Assembly: GCA_963843575.1 (NCBI GenBank)
Contig: CAWJKZ010000024.1
Span: forward strand, 128,001-192,000
Length of the DNA: 64,000 nt
DNA from: an uncultured Acidobacteriota bacterium
GTDB lineage: Bacteria > Acidobacteriota > UBA6911
Reading direction: 5' to 3'
This document shows, one piece after another, positions 28,749-39,301 of this stretch (within the stretch, counting starts at the first letter, position 1; every line of letters begins with the position of its first letter). Below the pieces are notes generated by a model, which was given only the letters and a program-made list of their open reading frames with translations, searched no databases and had not been told where the DNA came from. The translations under genes and the position numbers were made by a program.

Positions 28749-29687
28749 CTACACCATCGGCCCCGGGGACTCACGGTCCGCCGGGACGCCTGCAGTCCCG
28801 GGCCCGCGTGCCTCCGGCTGCGTGATGATGGTGACGGAGGCGACCAAGAGTGCCGCCCCCAGGAGCTGACTGGGGGTGAGCTTGATGCCGAGAAGAAGCC
28901 AGTTGGCCGTCACGGCCGTGAGAGGGAAGGCGAGCTCTCCTATCGAGGCAAGCGACGCGCTGGTCGAACGCAGGCCCCTGTAGTACAGAGCCAGTGCCGC
29001 CAGCCCGGGGATCAACGCCATCCCGGCGAGCGCCGCCATGGCGCCGGCGCCCGCCGGCAGCTCCCTGGCACCCGCCGGCTGCACCGCGTACAGAGCCGCG
29101 AGCACAGGCAGTGCCACGGCAAACCGCAACCCGGTCAGAATCAGGACGGGGAGGCGCGTCACGACGTAGCGTCCGAAGACCGTCGAAGCTCCCCAGAGAA
29201 GCGCCGCGCCGACGGCCGCGCAGACGCTCACGGCATGGCCGGGCGCAAACGCCAGCCCTTCGCGCCAGTCCGGGGCCGAGAGCAGATAGCCTCCGGTCAA
29301 GGCGGGAAGGAGGCAAGCCCAGTATCGGCGGCCGGGCCTCTCCCCCAGCAGCGCGCGGGCCAGCAGGACCGTGAAAAGCGGTTGCGATTTCTGCAGCAGC
29401 ACCGTGACGCTCGGGTTGCCGTACTTGATCGAGTAGGTGAACAGGCTCGTGGCCGCGACGGAGCCTCCGACGGCGATGAAAGACAGCGCCACCCACTCCC
29501 GGCGCTTCAGCCCGAGGATCTCCCTGCGGCCGAGGATGAGCACCGGGAGCACGACCGCCGAGAGCACGACGTGTTCGAGAAAGACGATCGTGACCGGGGA
29601 CAGATGCTGGCTCAAAGGCAGACGGAACAGCGAATCCGTACCCCAGAGCATCGAGCCCGCGATTACGAAAAGGATGGCCCTGTTCAA
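28749..29687 (-). CDS. DMT/EamA family transporter
   Basis: Ten hydrophobic segments in two EamA halves (LWG.., LQKSQPLF, YYRGL). Confidence 0.85.
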   Translation of the reverse strand: MNRAILFVIAGSMLWGTDSLFRLPLSQHLSPVTIVFLEHVVLSAVVLPVLILGRREILGLKRREWVALSFIAVGGSVAATSLFTYSIKYGNPSVTVLLQKSQPLFTVLLARALLGERPGRRYWACLLPALTGGYLLSAPDWREGLAFAPGHAVSVCAAVGAALLWGASTVFGRYVVTRLPVLILTGLRFAVALPVLAALYAVQPAGARELPAGAGAMAALAGMALIPGLAALALYYRGLRSTSASLASIGELAFPLTAVTANWLLLGIKLTPSQLLGAALLVASVTIITQPEARGPGTAGVPADRESPGPMV

Positions 29688-29768
29688 AATATCACCCGCC
29701 GGGAAAAGGCGAATGATGGTAGCACAGATCCCGAGGCGGAGCAGGCGCGACCGCCCACCGTCATGCCG

Positions 29769-29797
29769 TTGACGGGTGCGGGGGCCTCTGGTAGTAT
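29769..29797 (+). promoter_or_regulatory. Sigma70 promoter of tRNA-Glu
   Basis: TTGACG-N17-TAGTAT with extended -10 TG. Confidence 0.7.
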
Positions 29798-29813
29798 GAG
29801 CAGCCTGAAACGG

Positions 29814-29889
29814 GGCGCTATCGTCTAGGGGACTAGGACGGGTGGTTCTCAGCCATCAAACCAGGGTTCGAATCCCTGTAGCGCTACCA
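29814..29889 (+). tRNA. tRNA-Glu (anticodon CTC)
   Basis: Acceptor GGCGCTA/TAGCGCT, anticodon arm GGTGG-TTCTCAG-CCATC, T arm CAGGG-TTCGAAT-CCCTG, encoded CCA; 76 nt. Confidence 0.97.
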
Positions 29890-29925
29890 ACATTTGCAGG
29901 TTTCCCAAAAACAGGTGAACCCCTC

Positions 29926-30015
29926 TGGAGTGCGGCGCCTGGGCGCCGCTTTTGCTTAGTTCCTAGGGCCGGGAATACCCGGCGCCTAGGCGCCGGGTCT
30001 AGCCGCCGCACTCCA
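29926..30015. repeat. REP-like palindrome family B (TGGAGTGCGGCG...CGCCGCACTCCA)
   Basis: 12-bp terminal inverted repeat and internal CCGGCGCCTAGGCGCCGG; other copies at 54999-55100 and 42751-42798. Confidence 0.8.
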
Positions 30016-30045
30016 TGCCTGGTCGGCCTCCCCTCCCGTTTTTCG

Positions 30046-30169
30046 TTGCCTCCGCGTGTCCGGGGGCAATAGAATAACCGGTTTTCCCAGGGCACCCCTA
30101 CGGCTCCTGGGAACGACTTCATATTGCCATCCTGGGGATCCGTAGGGGGTCCTGGAAAAGGAATTTTCC
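30046..30169 (+). promoter_or_regulatory. sucC promoter and structured 5' leader
   Basis: TTGCCT-N18-TAGAAT, followed by a leader with overlapping inverted repeats around the RBS (see findings). Confidence 0.55.
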
Positions 30170-31327
<1,158 letters not shown>

Positions 31328-31338
31328 GGAGAAACACG

Positions 31339-32215
<877 letters not shown>

Positions 32216-32223
<8 letters not shown>

Positions 32224-32635
32224 AAGAACACTGGCGATCATCAAGCCGGACGGCGTGGCCCGCAACCTGATCGGGGAAGTGATCCGCCGCATCGAAGCCA
32301 GCGGCTTGAAAGTTTCCGCGGTTAAAATGGTCCGGCTCTCCAGGAAAGAGGCGGAGGGCTTTTACGCGGTGCACAAGGAGCGCCCTTTCTTCGGCAGCCT
32401 CACCGCGTACATGTCCGAAGGTCCCGTAGTCCTGATGATCCTTTCAGGTGAACGGGCCATTCAGAAGTGGCGCGAACTGATGGGCGCGACCGATCCGGCC
32501 AAGGCGGCGAAAGGCTCCATCCGTAGCGATTTCGGCCTCTCGATCGAGCGGAACACGACGCACGGATCGGATGCGCCCGAGACTGCCGCGTTCGAGACCG
32601 GCTACTTCTTCGGCCAGATCGAGGTGTGCAACTGA
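32216..32635 (+). CDS. ndk: Nucleoside diphosphate kinase
   Basis: [31 protein letters not shown]. Confidence 0.97.
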
Positions 32636-32663
32636 CGCCCCTGCCCGGGGGCGGAGGATCACT

Positions 32664-32879
32664 TTGCTGGGTAGGAGCCTGATCGTGATAGGGGCAGTCC
32701 TGCTCGTTGCAGGACTGCTCCTGACCTATACGAACTTCTTCTCGTGGTTGAAGCTCGGGCGGCTCCCCGGCGACCTCGTCTTTCGCAAGGGGAGCGTATC
32801 CTTTTATTTCCCGCTGGCCACATCGATTCTGCTCAGCCTGGTCATCACCCTGCTGCTGTACCTCCTCCGCAAATGGTGA
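32664..32879 (+). CDS. DUF2905-like small membrane protein
   Basis: LGRLPGD..FYFPLATSILLS; TTG start after GGAGG. Confidence 0.8.
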   Translation: MLGRSLIVIGAVLLVAGLLLTYTNFFSWLKLGRLPGDLVFRKGSVSFYFPLATSILLSLVITLLLYLLRKW

Positions 32880-32895
32880 CAACCGCCAAAACCCA

Positions 32896-32945
32896 GCCAC
32901 GGAATCCACGGAATTCATATGGCATTTTTCCGTGTCCTCCGTGGC
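32896..32945. repeat. Palindromic repeat family A (CACGGA units)
   Basis: GCCACGGAATCCACGGAA ... TTCCGTGTCCTCCGTGGC, 15/18 inverted. Confidence 0.75.
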
Positions 32946-33054
32946 GAGTTGTTTTTGTCTGTCTGTCGCCTCCCGGCCGCCGGTACGCCGCGCTCCACGG
33001 GTTTGACTCTCCTGCGTGCCAAAGCTATAGTTCAAGGTTATTCTCTACAGCGGG

Positions 33055-34137
33055 GTGGAAGCCTTGAAGCAACTTGAAAAAGCCGTTCTCGACGCCCTCC
33101 GGACGATCAAAGATCCGGACCTTCACAAAGACATCGTCGCCCTGAACTTCGTCAAGGACCTCAAGATCGAACAGGGGAAAGCCAGCTTCACCATCGAGCT
33201 GACCACGCCTGCGTGCCCGGTCAAGAAGGAGATGGAGGAGTGGGCCCGTTCGGCGGTCCTGCAGGTGGATGGCATCCGGGAAGTGGAGATCAGGATGACC
33301 TCCGCCGTAACTCCCGGCGGGCAAGCGCCCGGCAAACAGGGCATACCCGGCGTCCGCAACATCGTCGCGGTCGGCAGCGGCAAGGGCGGGGTGGGCAAGA
33401 GCACCGTGACGGTGAACCTCGCGGTCGCGCTGGCCAAGTCGGGAGCTGCGGTCGGGTTGCTCGACTCGGACGTGTACGGCCCGAACGTTCCCCTCATGAT
33501 GGGGATAACCGGCCGGCCCGAGGCCGTGGACAACCGCATTCAAGTGCTGTCCAATTACGACGTCCGCGTGATGTCGATGGGTTTCCTGACGGGGGGCGAA
33601 GACACCCCGCTGATCTGGCGTGGACCGATGCTGCACAGCGTCATCCAGCAGTTCATTCACCAGGTCGATTGGGGCGAGCTGGATTACCTTCTGGTGGATC
33701 TGCCTCCAGGGACTGGTGATGTTCAACTGAGCCTCACCCAGACCGTCCCGCTGATGGGCGCCGTGATCGTGACGACGCCTCAGGACGTGGCGCTGCAGGA
33801 CGCCCGCAAGGCGATCATGATGTTCCGGCAGGTGCGCGTCGAAGTCCTGGGCATCGTCGAAAACATGTCGTTCTTCGAGTGTCCCTCGTGCCACACCCGC
33901 ACCGACGTTTTCGGTCATGGGGGCGGACGCGAGACGGCCGAGCGCTATGGGGTGCCCTTCCTCGGCGAGGTGCCCCTGGAGCTCGCCGTCCGAAACGGAG
34001 GGGACGAGGGCAAGCCCGTTGTCCTGCGGGAGCCGGACTCTGCCGCCGGCCGTGCCTTCGCCGAAATCGCCTCCAGGGTCGCGGCCCAGGTGAGCGTCGC
34101 GAACGCGAATAACCTGAACTCGATGATCATCCAGTAG
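33055..34137 (+). CDS. mrp: Mrp/NBP35 (ApbC) Fe-S cluster carrier ATPase
   Basis: LTTPACP, GKGGVGKST, DVYGP, DLPPGTGD, ENMS..CPSC. Confidence 0.95.
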   Translation: MEALKQLEKAVLDALRTIKDPDLHKDIVALNFVKDLKIEQGKASFTIELTTPACPVKKEMEEWARSAVLQVDGIREVEIRMTSAVTPGGQAPGKQGIPGVRNIVAVGSGKGGVGKSTVTVNLAVALAKSGAAVGLLDSDVYGPNVPLMMGITGRPEAVDNRIQVLSNYDVRVMSMGFLTGGEDTPLIWRGPMLHSVIQQFIHQVDWGELDYLLVDLPPGTGDVQLSLTQTVPLMGAVIVTTPQDVALQDARKAIMMFRQVRVEVLGIVENMSFFECPSCHTRTDVFGHGGGRETAERYGVPFLGEVPLELAVRNGGDEGKPVVLREPDSAAGRAFAEIASRVAAQVSVANANNLNSMIIQ

Positions 34138-34148
34138 ACGGGCACGTC

Positions 34149-35141
34149 GTGGCGGGCATCCTCGTACTCCATCCGGGGGCTCTGGGGGACGTCATCCTCG
34201 CCCTGCCGGCGTTGGCCCTGCTGCGGGAGCGCTTTCCGGGAGTGCCGCTGACTCTGGCGGGGAACACCGATTACCTGCCTGCGGTTGCGTGCGGCCACGC
34301 GGAACACGTGACCGCGCTCTCTACCTTACCCCTGCACCGACTCTACACCTCCGAGCCGCTCCCTGCGGACCACGTAAGCTTCTGGAGATCATTCGACAGG
34401 ATCGTCGCCTGGACGGGATTCGGCGATCCTGTTTTTGGGGAGCGCTTGGCCCGGCTGAATCCGGGAAGCATAGTGGCCGGATGGCGCCCGGGTCCGGACG
34501 AGGTGCGGCACGTCTCACGCATCTTCGTCGACACGCTCGAACGCTGGCTGGGGGACGTCGCGGACATACCGCTCCCGGCGATCACGGTTGCGCCGGAGAA
34601 CCAGGCAGCGGCCGACCGCTGGCTCGACGGGCGCGGCTGGGGGCGGCATCCGATCGTCGCCGTGCATCCCGGGGCGGGGAACCGGGGAAAGCGCTGGCCC
34701 GGTTCCGCCGCCGTCGTCGAACGCCTCATCCGTGAGGGGGAGTGCAGGGTGGTGGTCATCGAGGGCCCGGCCGAGCCCGAAGCCGGGGCCACCGTGGTCC
34801 GCGGTCTCGCCGCGGAGAACGTCGCGGTGGCGCGCTCGCTTCCTCTCCAGATCGTTGCCGGAGTGCTGTCGCGCTCCGAGGGGTATGTGGGGAACGACTC
34901 GGGCATCTCGCACCTGGCCGCCGGTCTCGGGGTTGCCTCGGTTGTCGTGTTCGGGCCGACGTCGGCTGGGACCTGGGGACCGCGCGGGCCGCGCGTGGAG
35001 ATCCTGCAGGATGCCCGAGGGTGTCCGGCGTGCGAAGGCTCGACGCCTGTGTCCCACCGGTGTCTCGAGAATGTCCGGCCCGAAACGGTGCTCGAGCGCC
35101 TCTCCGGGTTGCGGCGCGTCCCCCGGACGGCAACTGCATAA
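34149..35141 (+). CDS. Glycosyltransferase family 9 (heptosyltransferase-like)
   Basis: PGALGDVIL, HPGAG..KRWP, VGNDSGISHLAA, FGPT. Confidence 0.9.
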   Translation: MAGILVLHPGALGDVILALPALALLRERFPGVPLTLAGNTDYLPAVACGHAEHVTALSTLPLHRLYTSEPLPADHVSFWRSFDRIVAWTGFGDPVFGERLARLNPGSIVAGWRPGPDEVRHVSRIFVDTLERWLGDVADIPLPAITVAPENQAAADRWLDGRGWGRHPIVAVHPGAGNRGKRWPGSAAVVERLIREGECRVVVIEGPAEPEAGATVVRGLAAENVAVARSLPLQIVAGVLSRSEGYVGNDSGISHLAAGLGVASVVVFGPTSAGTWGPRGPRVEILQDARGCPACEGSTPVSHRCLENVRPETVLERLSGLRRVPRTATA

Positions 35142-35160
35142 ACCTGCGGGTTGAAGGGCT

Positions 35161-35197
35161 CACCTCGAAGGCTTCAAAACTCGAAGAAGCTCGAAGG
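35161..35197 (+). repeat. Solitary family D arm between convergent genes
   Basis: CACCTCGAAGGCTTCAAAACTCGAAGAAGCTCGAAGG. Confidence 0.6.
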
Positions 35198-35203
35198 GCG
35201 CAC

Positions 35204-35971
35204 TCACTCCATCAGCATCCCCCCGTTCGCCTCGATGCACTCCCCGACGAGGTGGGACGATTCGTCGGAGGCGAGAAACGCGACAACCTTAGCCATCTCC
35301 TCACTCGTCCCCAGCCGCTGCTGCGGAATGGCGGCGACGAACCTGTCGAGCATCTCCCGGGTGCTGAATCGTTCGTGGAAAGGGGTCCGGATCACGCCGG
35401 GGTTCAGGCCGTTTACCCGGATGCCGAGCGGCATCAGTTCCTTCGCCATCGACTTGGTCAGGGCGATCAGCCCTCCCTTGGCGGCCGCATACGCCGCCGC
35501 CCCCGGCCCGCCGCCGTTCCTGCCGGCTATGGACGCCACGTTTACGACGATTCCCCCACCCTGCTCGATCATGCGGGGAAGGAAGGCGCGGGTCACAAAA
35601 AACACGCTGTCGAGGTTCAGCGCCATCACGCGGCGCCAGAGGTCGAGGTCCATCTCCCGCAGCGTTCTTCGCTCGATGAGGGACCCGGCGTTGTTCACCA
35701 GGACGTCGACCCGGCCGAAATCGGCGAGGATGTCGCCGGCCATCCGCGCCACTTGCCCGGGATCCCCCACGTCGCATGCGTACACCCTCGCCTTGCCCTG
35801 CGGGAGCGCCCGGATCCGGTCGAGGGTTTCTTCCGATCCCTTTTCGTTGCTGAAATAGTGCACGGCCACCTGATATCCCCGCGTCGCCAGTTCGATGGCC
35901 GTGGCCTGGCCTATCCCCGAACTTGCGCCCGTGACAACCGCTACCTTAGCTCCCCTGTCGCTCTCCGGCAT
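35204..35971 (-). CDS. Short-chain dehydrogenase/reductase
   Basis: TGASSGIG, NNAG, YAAAK, PGVIRT. Confidence 0.93.
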   Translation of the reverse strand: MPESDRGAKVAVVTGASSGIGQATAIELATRGYQVAVHYFSNEKGSEETLDRIRALPQGKARVYACDVGDPGQVARMAGDILADFGRVDVLVNNAGSLIERRTLREMDLDLWRRVMALNLDSVFFVTRAFLPRMIEQGGGIVVNVASIAGRNGGGPGAAAYAAAKGGLIALTKSMAKELMPLGIRVNGLNPGVIRTPFHERFSTREMLDRFVAAIPQQRLGTSEEMAKVVAFLASDESSHLVGECIEANGGMLME

Positions 35972-36060
35972 GTTGCCCCCGTTGCGGATTGCAGAATCCG
36001 GAATACGGGTCGATAATGAACCGACCCGATCTGTTGTTGAACCTGGTCGCGGAGGTGCTG

Positions 36061-38061
36061 ATGCTCTGCCGCCCGATGCCTGTCGCCGCACTCCTGCTGA
36101 TTTTGGGTTCGGTGCAGTCCGGCCTCGCCCAGACGGCCGACGCGCTGAGTTCGCGCAACGCCAACTATACCATCGAGGTTAAGCTCGATCCGGTCCGAAA
36201 AACGCTCGAGGGGCACGAGCGGGTCTCGTGGCGCAACGATACGGGCACCCCCGCGGCGGAACTCCGTTTCCACCTGTATTGGAATGCCTGGAAAGACAAC
36301 AGGAGCACCTGGATGCGCGAGGCCGCCCTGGGCTCGAGGCGCAACCGCACCGACCCGCGGCCGGAGGACTGGTCGTACGCCCGGGTGCAATCGATCCGGT
36401 GGCTTGCGGCCGCAGGGGGCGAAGCAGCCGACCTGACCCGCGGGATGCGATTCCTCGCACCGGACGACGGGAATCCCGACGACCAGACCGTCATGGCGGT
36501 GACGCTGCCTCAGCCCGCCGGGCCGGGAGAGACTGTCACGGTCGAGTTGTCCTGGCAGGGCAAGATACCGCGCACCTTCGCCCGCACCGGTTTCCGGGGC
36601 AATTATTATTTCATCGCCCAGTGGTTTCCTAAACTCGGGGTGTTGCAGCCGGACGGGCAGTGGAACTGCCACCAGTTTCACGCAGGGACCGAGTTCTTCT
36701 CCGACTACGGCGTGTACGACGTCAGGATGACGGTGCCCCACGGTTGGCTGCTCGGGGCCACCGGCGTCCAGCAGAAGATCGAAGAACACCCGGACGGGAC
36801 CTCGACCCACCACTACCGCGAAGCCGACGTGCACGACTTCACCTGGACCACCAGCCCCGACTACCGCGAAGCGCGGCGCGACTTCGTCCATCCGGGACTC
36901 CGGACCGTCCAGATGAGGCTGCTCTACCAACCCGAGCACGAGGCACAAGTCGAGCGGCACCTGCGCGCCACGGCGGTCGCCCTGCGGTATTACGGCACGT
37001 GGTACGGCCAGTACCCCTATGGGCACATCACCGTGATCGATCCGGCCTGGGGCAGCGGCGCCGGCGGGATGGAGTACCCCACCCTATTCACCTGCGGTAC
37101 GCGCGTTTTCAACCCGCAAGGCGGTGGTTCGCCCGAGGGAGTGACCGTGCACGAAGCGGGGCACCAGTTCTGGTACGCCATCGTCGGGAACAACGAGTTC
37201 GAAGATGCCTGGCTCGACGAAGGGCTGAATACCTTTTCCACGGCGCGGGCAATCGATGAGGGCTACGGCGAAGAATTCTACGTCCGGCGATTCTTCAGGG
37301 GATTCCTGCCGGTATCCGCACCCGCGATCCGGCTGCACCGCATGACACAGGGGAACGGTCTCGACGGCTACCGTTACGACGCGCGCTCGGACGTCGAGGC
37401 AACCCCGAGTTACCTCTACTTCCCCGGGACCGGAGCCAGCATCACGTACAGCAAGACCGCCCTCTGGCTCGCCACGCTCGAGCGGACGCTCGGCTGGCCC
37501 GCGCTGCAGCGCGTCATGTCCGTGTTTTTCCAGCGCTGGAGCTTCAGGCATCCGAAGCCCGACGATTTCTTCGCCACCGCGTCCGAAGTCTCTGGGGAGG
37601 ACCTGACCCCATTCTTCGATCAGGTGTACCGGAAGGCCGCCGTCTTCGATTACGCCGTCGGGTCCGTGACCAGCGACCCGGTCGAATCGCGGGGTTCCCC
37701 TGACCGCAACGGCAAGTCGGCAGGGGAGGGAGGCGGCGCCGGCCTGTACGAGACTGCCGTCGTCGTGCGGCGCCTTCAGGACGGCACCCTGCCGGTGGAC
37801 ATCCTGCTCAGGTTCGAAAATGGCGAGGAAGTGCGCCGTCCCTGGGACGGCCAGGCCACCTGGACTCTGGTCCGGGTGGTCAAGCCCGCGCGCCTCCTGT
37901 ACGCGGCAGTCGATCCCGAACGCAAAATCCTCCTCGACGTAAACTACACGAACAACACCATGCTCCTTGCGCCCCGGCCCGGGTTTGCGTCGACCAAGTG
38001 GGCGTCGAAGTGGATGATCTGGTTGCAGGATTATATCCAGACGCTCGCATTCCTTGTCTGA
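36061..38061 (+). CDS. M1 family metalloaminopeptidase, secreted
   Basis: GGMEY, HEAGH..WLDEG, AQWFPK; signal peptide; RBS GGAGG before 36061. Confidence 0.92.
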   Translation: MLCRPMPVAALLLILGSVQSGLAQTADALSSRNANYTIEVKLDPVRKTLEGHERVSWRNDTGTPAAELRFHLYWNAWKDNRSTWMREAALGSRRNRTDPRPEDWSYARVQSIRWLAAAGGEAADLTRGMRFLAPDDGNPDDQTVMAVTLPQPAGPGETVTVELSWQGKIPRTFARTGFRGNYYFIAQWFPKLGVLQPDGQWNCHQFHAGTEFFSDYGVYDVRMTVPHGWLLGATGVQQKIEEHPDGTSTHHYREADVHDFTWTTSPDYREARRDFVHPGLRTVQMRLLYQPEHEAQVERHLRATAVALRYYGTWYGQYPYGHITVIDPAWGSGAGGMEYPTLFTCGTRVFNPQGGGSPEGVTVHEAGHQFWYAIVGNNEFEDAWLDEGLNTFSTARAIDEGYGEEFYVRRFFRGFLPVSAPAIRLHRMTQGNGLDGYRYDARSDVEATPSYLYFPGTGASITYSKTALWLATLERTLGWPALQRVMSVFFQRWSFRHPKPDDFFATASEVSGEDLTPFFDQVYRKAAVFDYAVGSVTSDPVESRGSPDRNGKSAGEGGGAGLYETAVVVRRLQDGTLPVDILLRFENGEEVRRPWDGQATWTLVRVVKPARLLYAAVDPERKILLDVNYTNNTMLLAPRPGFASTKWASKWMIWLQDYIQTLAFLV

Positions 38062-38086
38062 CCGGCAGGCATATCGGAGGACATCC

Positions 38087-39193
38087 ATGACGATCGGCGA
38101 ATCTTACATTTCGGGCCTGAGGAAGGTCGGGCGCTCTCCTTCGCTTGTTTTCTGGATCTATGGCGCAAGCCTGACCCTGGCCCTCCCGCTGGCTTTTGCC
38201 ATGGGCGGCGTACTGGCCGGATCGATCGGCGGGAGTCTCGTGCACGAGTCGCTGCGGCAGGGGTTCGACATGGACTGGTACGGCGAGTTCAGCGCCCACG
38301 CCTCCGGTCTCGCCGAGACCTTCGGCCCCGAAGTGGCAGGGATATTTCCGGTCGTGAGCAACCTCCAGCGCCTGGCCGACGGGGAGATCCTCGGCCTGGG
38401 CGGTGTCGTGCTCCTGGCGGGCATCTCCTTCATGCTGGCCTGGGCGTTCCTGGGCGGCGGCATCCTGGGCCGGTACGCGCGCGCCGGCGATAATCCGGAC
38501 CGCAGGGTTTTCTTCGGGGATTCCGCGGTCTACTTCTTCCGATTTGTGCGCCTGACGGCCATTTCCCTGCTGCTCTACGCGGGGTTGTTCCGCTGGGTCG
38601 GCGATCCCCTCCACGCCCTTGTCGAGCGGGCGACGCGCGACGTGACCGCGGAGCGCACGGCCATGACATATACCCTGCTGGTGTACGCGATCGTGGCCGC
38701 AGGCATCGGCCTGATCAGCCTGATCGGCGACTATGCGAAGATCGCCATGGTCGCCGAGGAACGCTCGAGCGCCGTGCTGGCGTTCATCCGAGCCGCGCGA
38801 TTCGTGTTTTCGGGCAGGGCGCCGGCCATCGGGTTGTATCTCGCGCTGGCGCTGACCGGGTTGGCCCTGTTCGCCCTGTACTGGATCGTTGCCCCCGGCC
38901 CGGGGCAGCAGGGCGTCTTCGGCCTGTCCGTCGCTTTCCTCGTCGGCCAGGCCTACCTGATCTGCCGCATCGTTCTGAAGCTCTGGTTTCTCGCCGGCCA
39001 GACCCTGATGTTCCAGTCGGTCAATTTTGGAACGGAGCTGGTCACCGATCAACACAGCAAAACGCGGATTCCCGCGGATTTGACGGATTCCCGCTGGGAG
39101 GAATGCCGGGCGCGGCCTGTCACCAAGCCAATGTCCGCGTGCCTCCGTGTCAATCCGCGTCCCGGGGACTCTGAGCCACAGGGAATCTCATGA
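38087..39193 (+). CDS. Polytopic membrane protein of unknown function
   Basis: RBS GGAGG; about six TM segments; C-terminus reads through a palindromic repeat. Confidence 0.75.
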   Translation: MTIGESYISGLRKVGRSPSLVFWIYGASLTLALPLAFAMGGVLAGSIGGSLVHESLRQGFDMDWYGEFSAHASGLAETFGPEVAGIFPVVSNLQRLADGEILGLGGVVLLAGISFMLAWAFLGGGILGRYARAGDNPDRRVFFGDSAVYFFRFVRLTAISLLLYAGLFRWVGDPLHALVERATRDVTAERTAMTYTLLVYAIVAAGIGLISLIGDYAKIAMVAEERSSAVLAFIRAARFVFSGRAPAIGLYLALALTGLALFALYWIVAPGPGQQGVFGLSVAFLVGQAYLICRIVLKLWFLAGQTLMFQSVNFGTELVTDQHSKTRIPADLTDSRWEECRARPVTKPMSACLRVNPRPGDSEPQGIS

Positions 39194-39256
39194 ACCTGCG
39201 CGCTGGTTCGCGGTGCGGCTAATGGGTTCCTTCCGTGTCTTCCGTGTCGAGTTGTT
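39062..39256. repeat. Family A palindromic repeats (two adjacent units)
   Basis: ACGCGGATT...AATCCGCGT (39062-39160); TTCCGTGTCTTCCGTGTCGAGTTGTT at 39231 is 24/26 identical to 32928. Confidence 0.7.
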
Positions 39257-39301
39257 CTATCCCCGCCCTGGTGTTCAAGACACACGGCGCCGCACTCCGG
39301 C

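Noticed and set aside
29890-30045. Island integrated at tRNA-Glu
   Set aside because: No integrase or repeated tRNA 3' end; core sucCD follows
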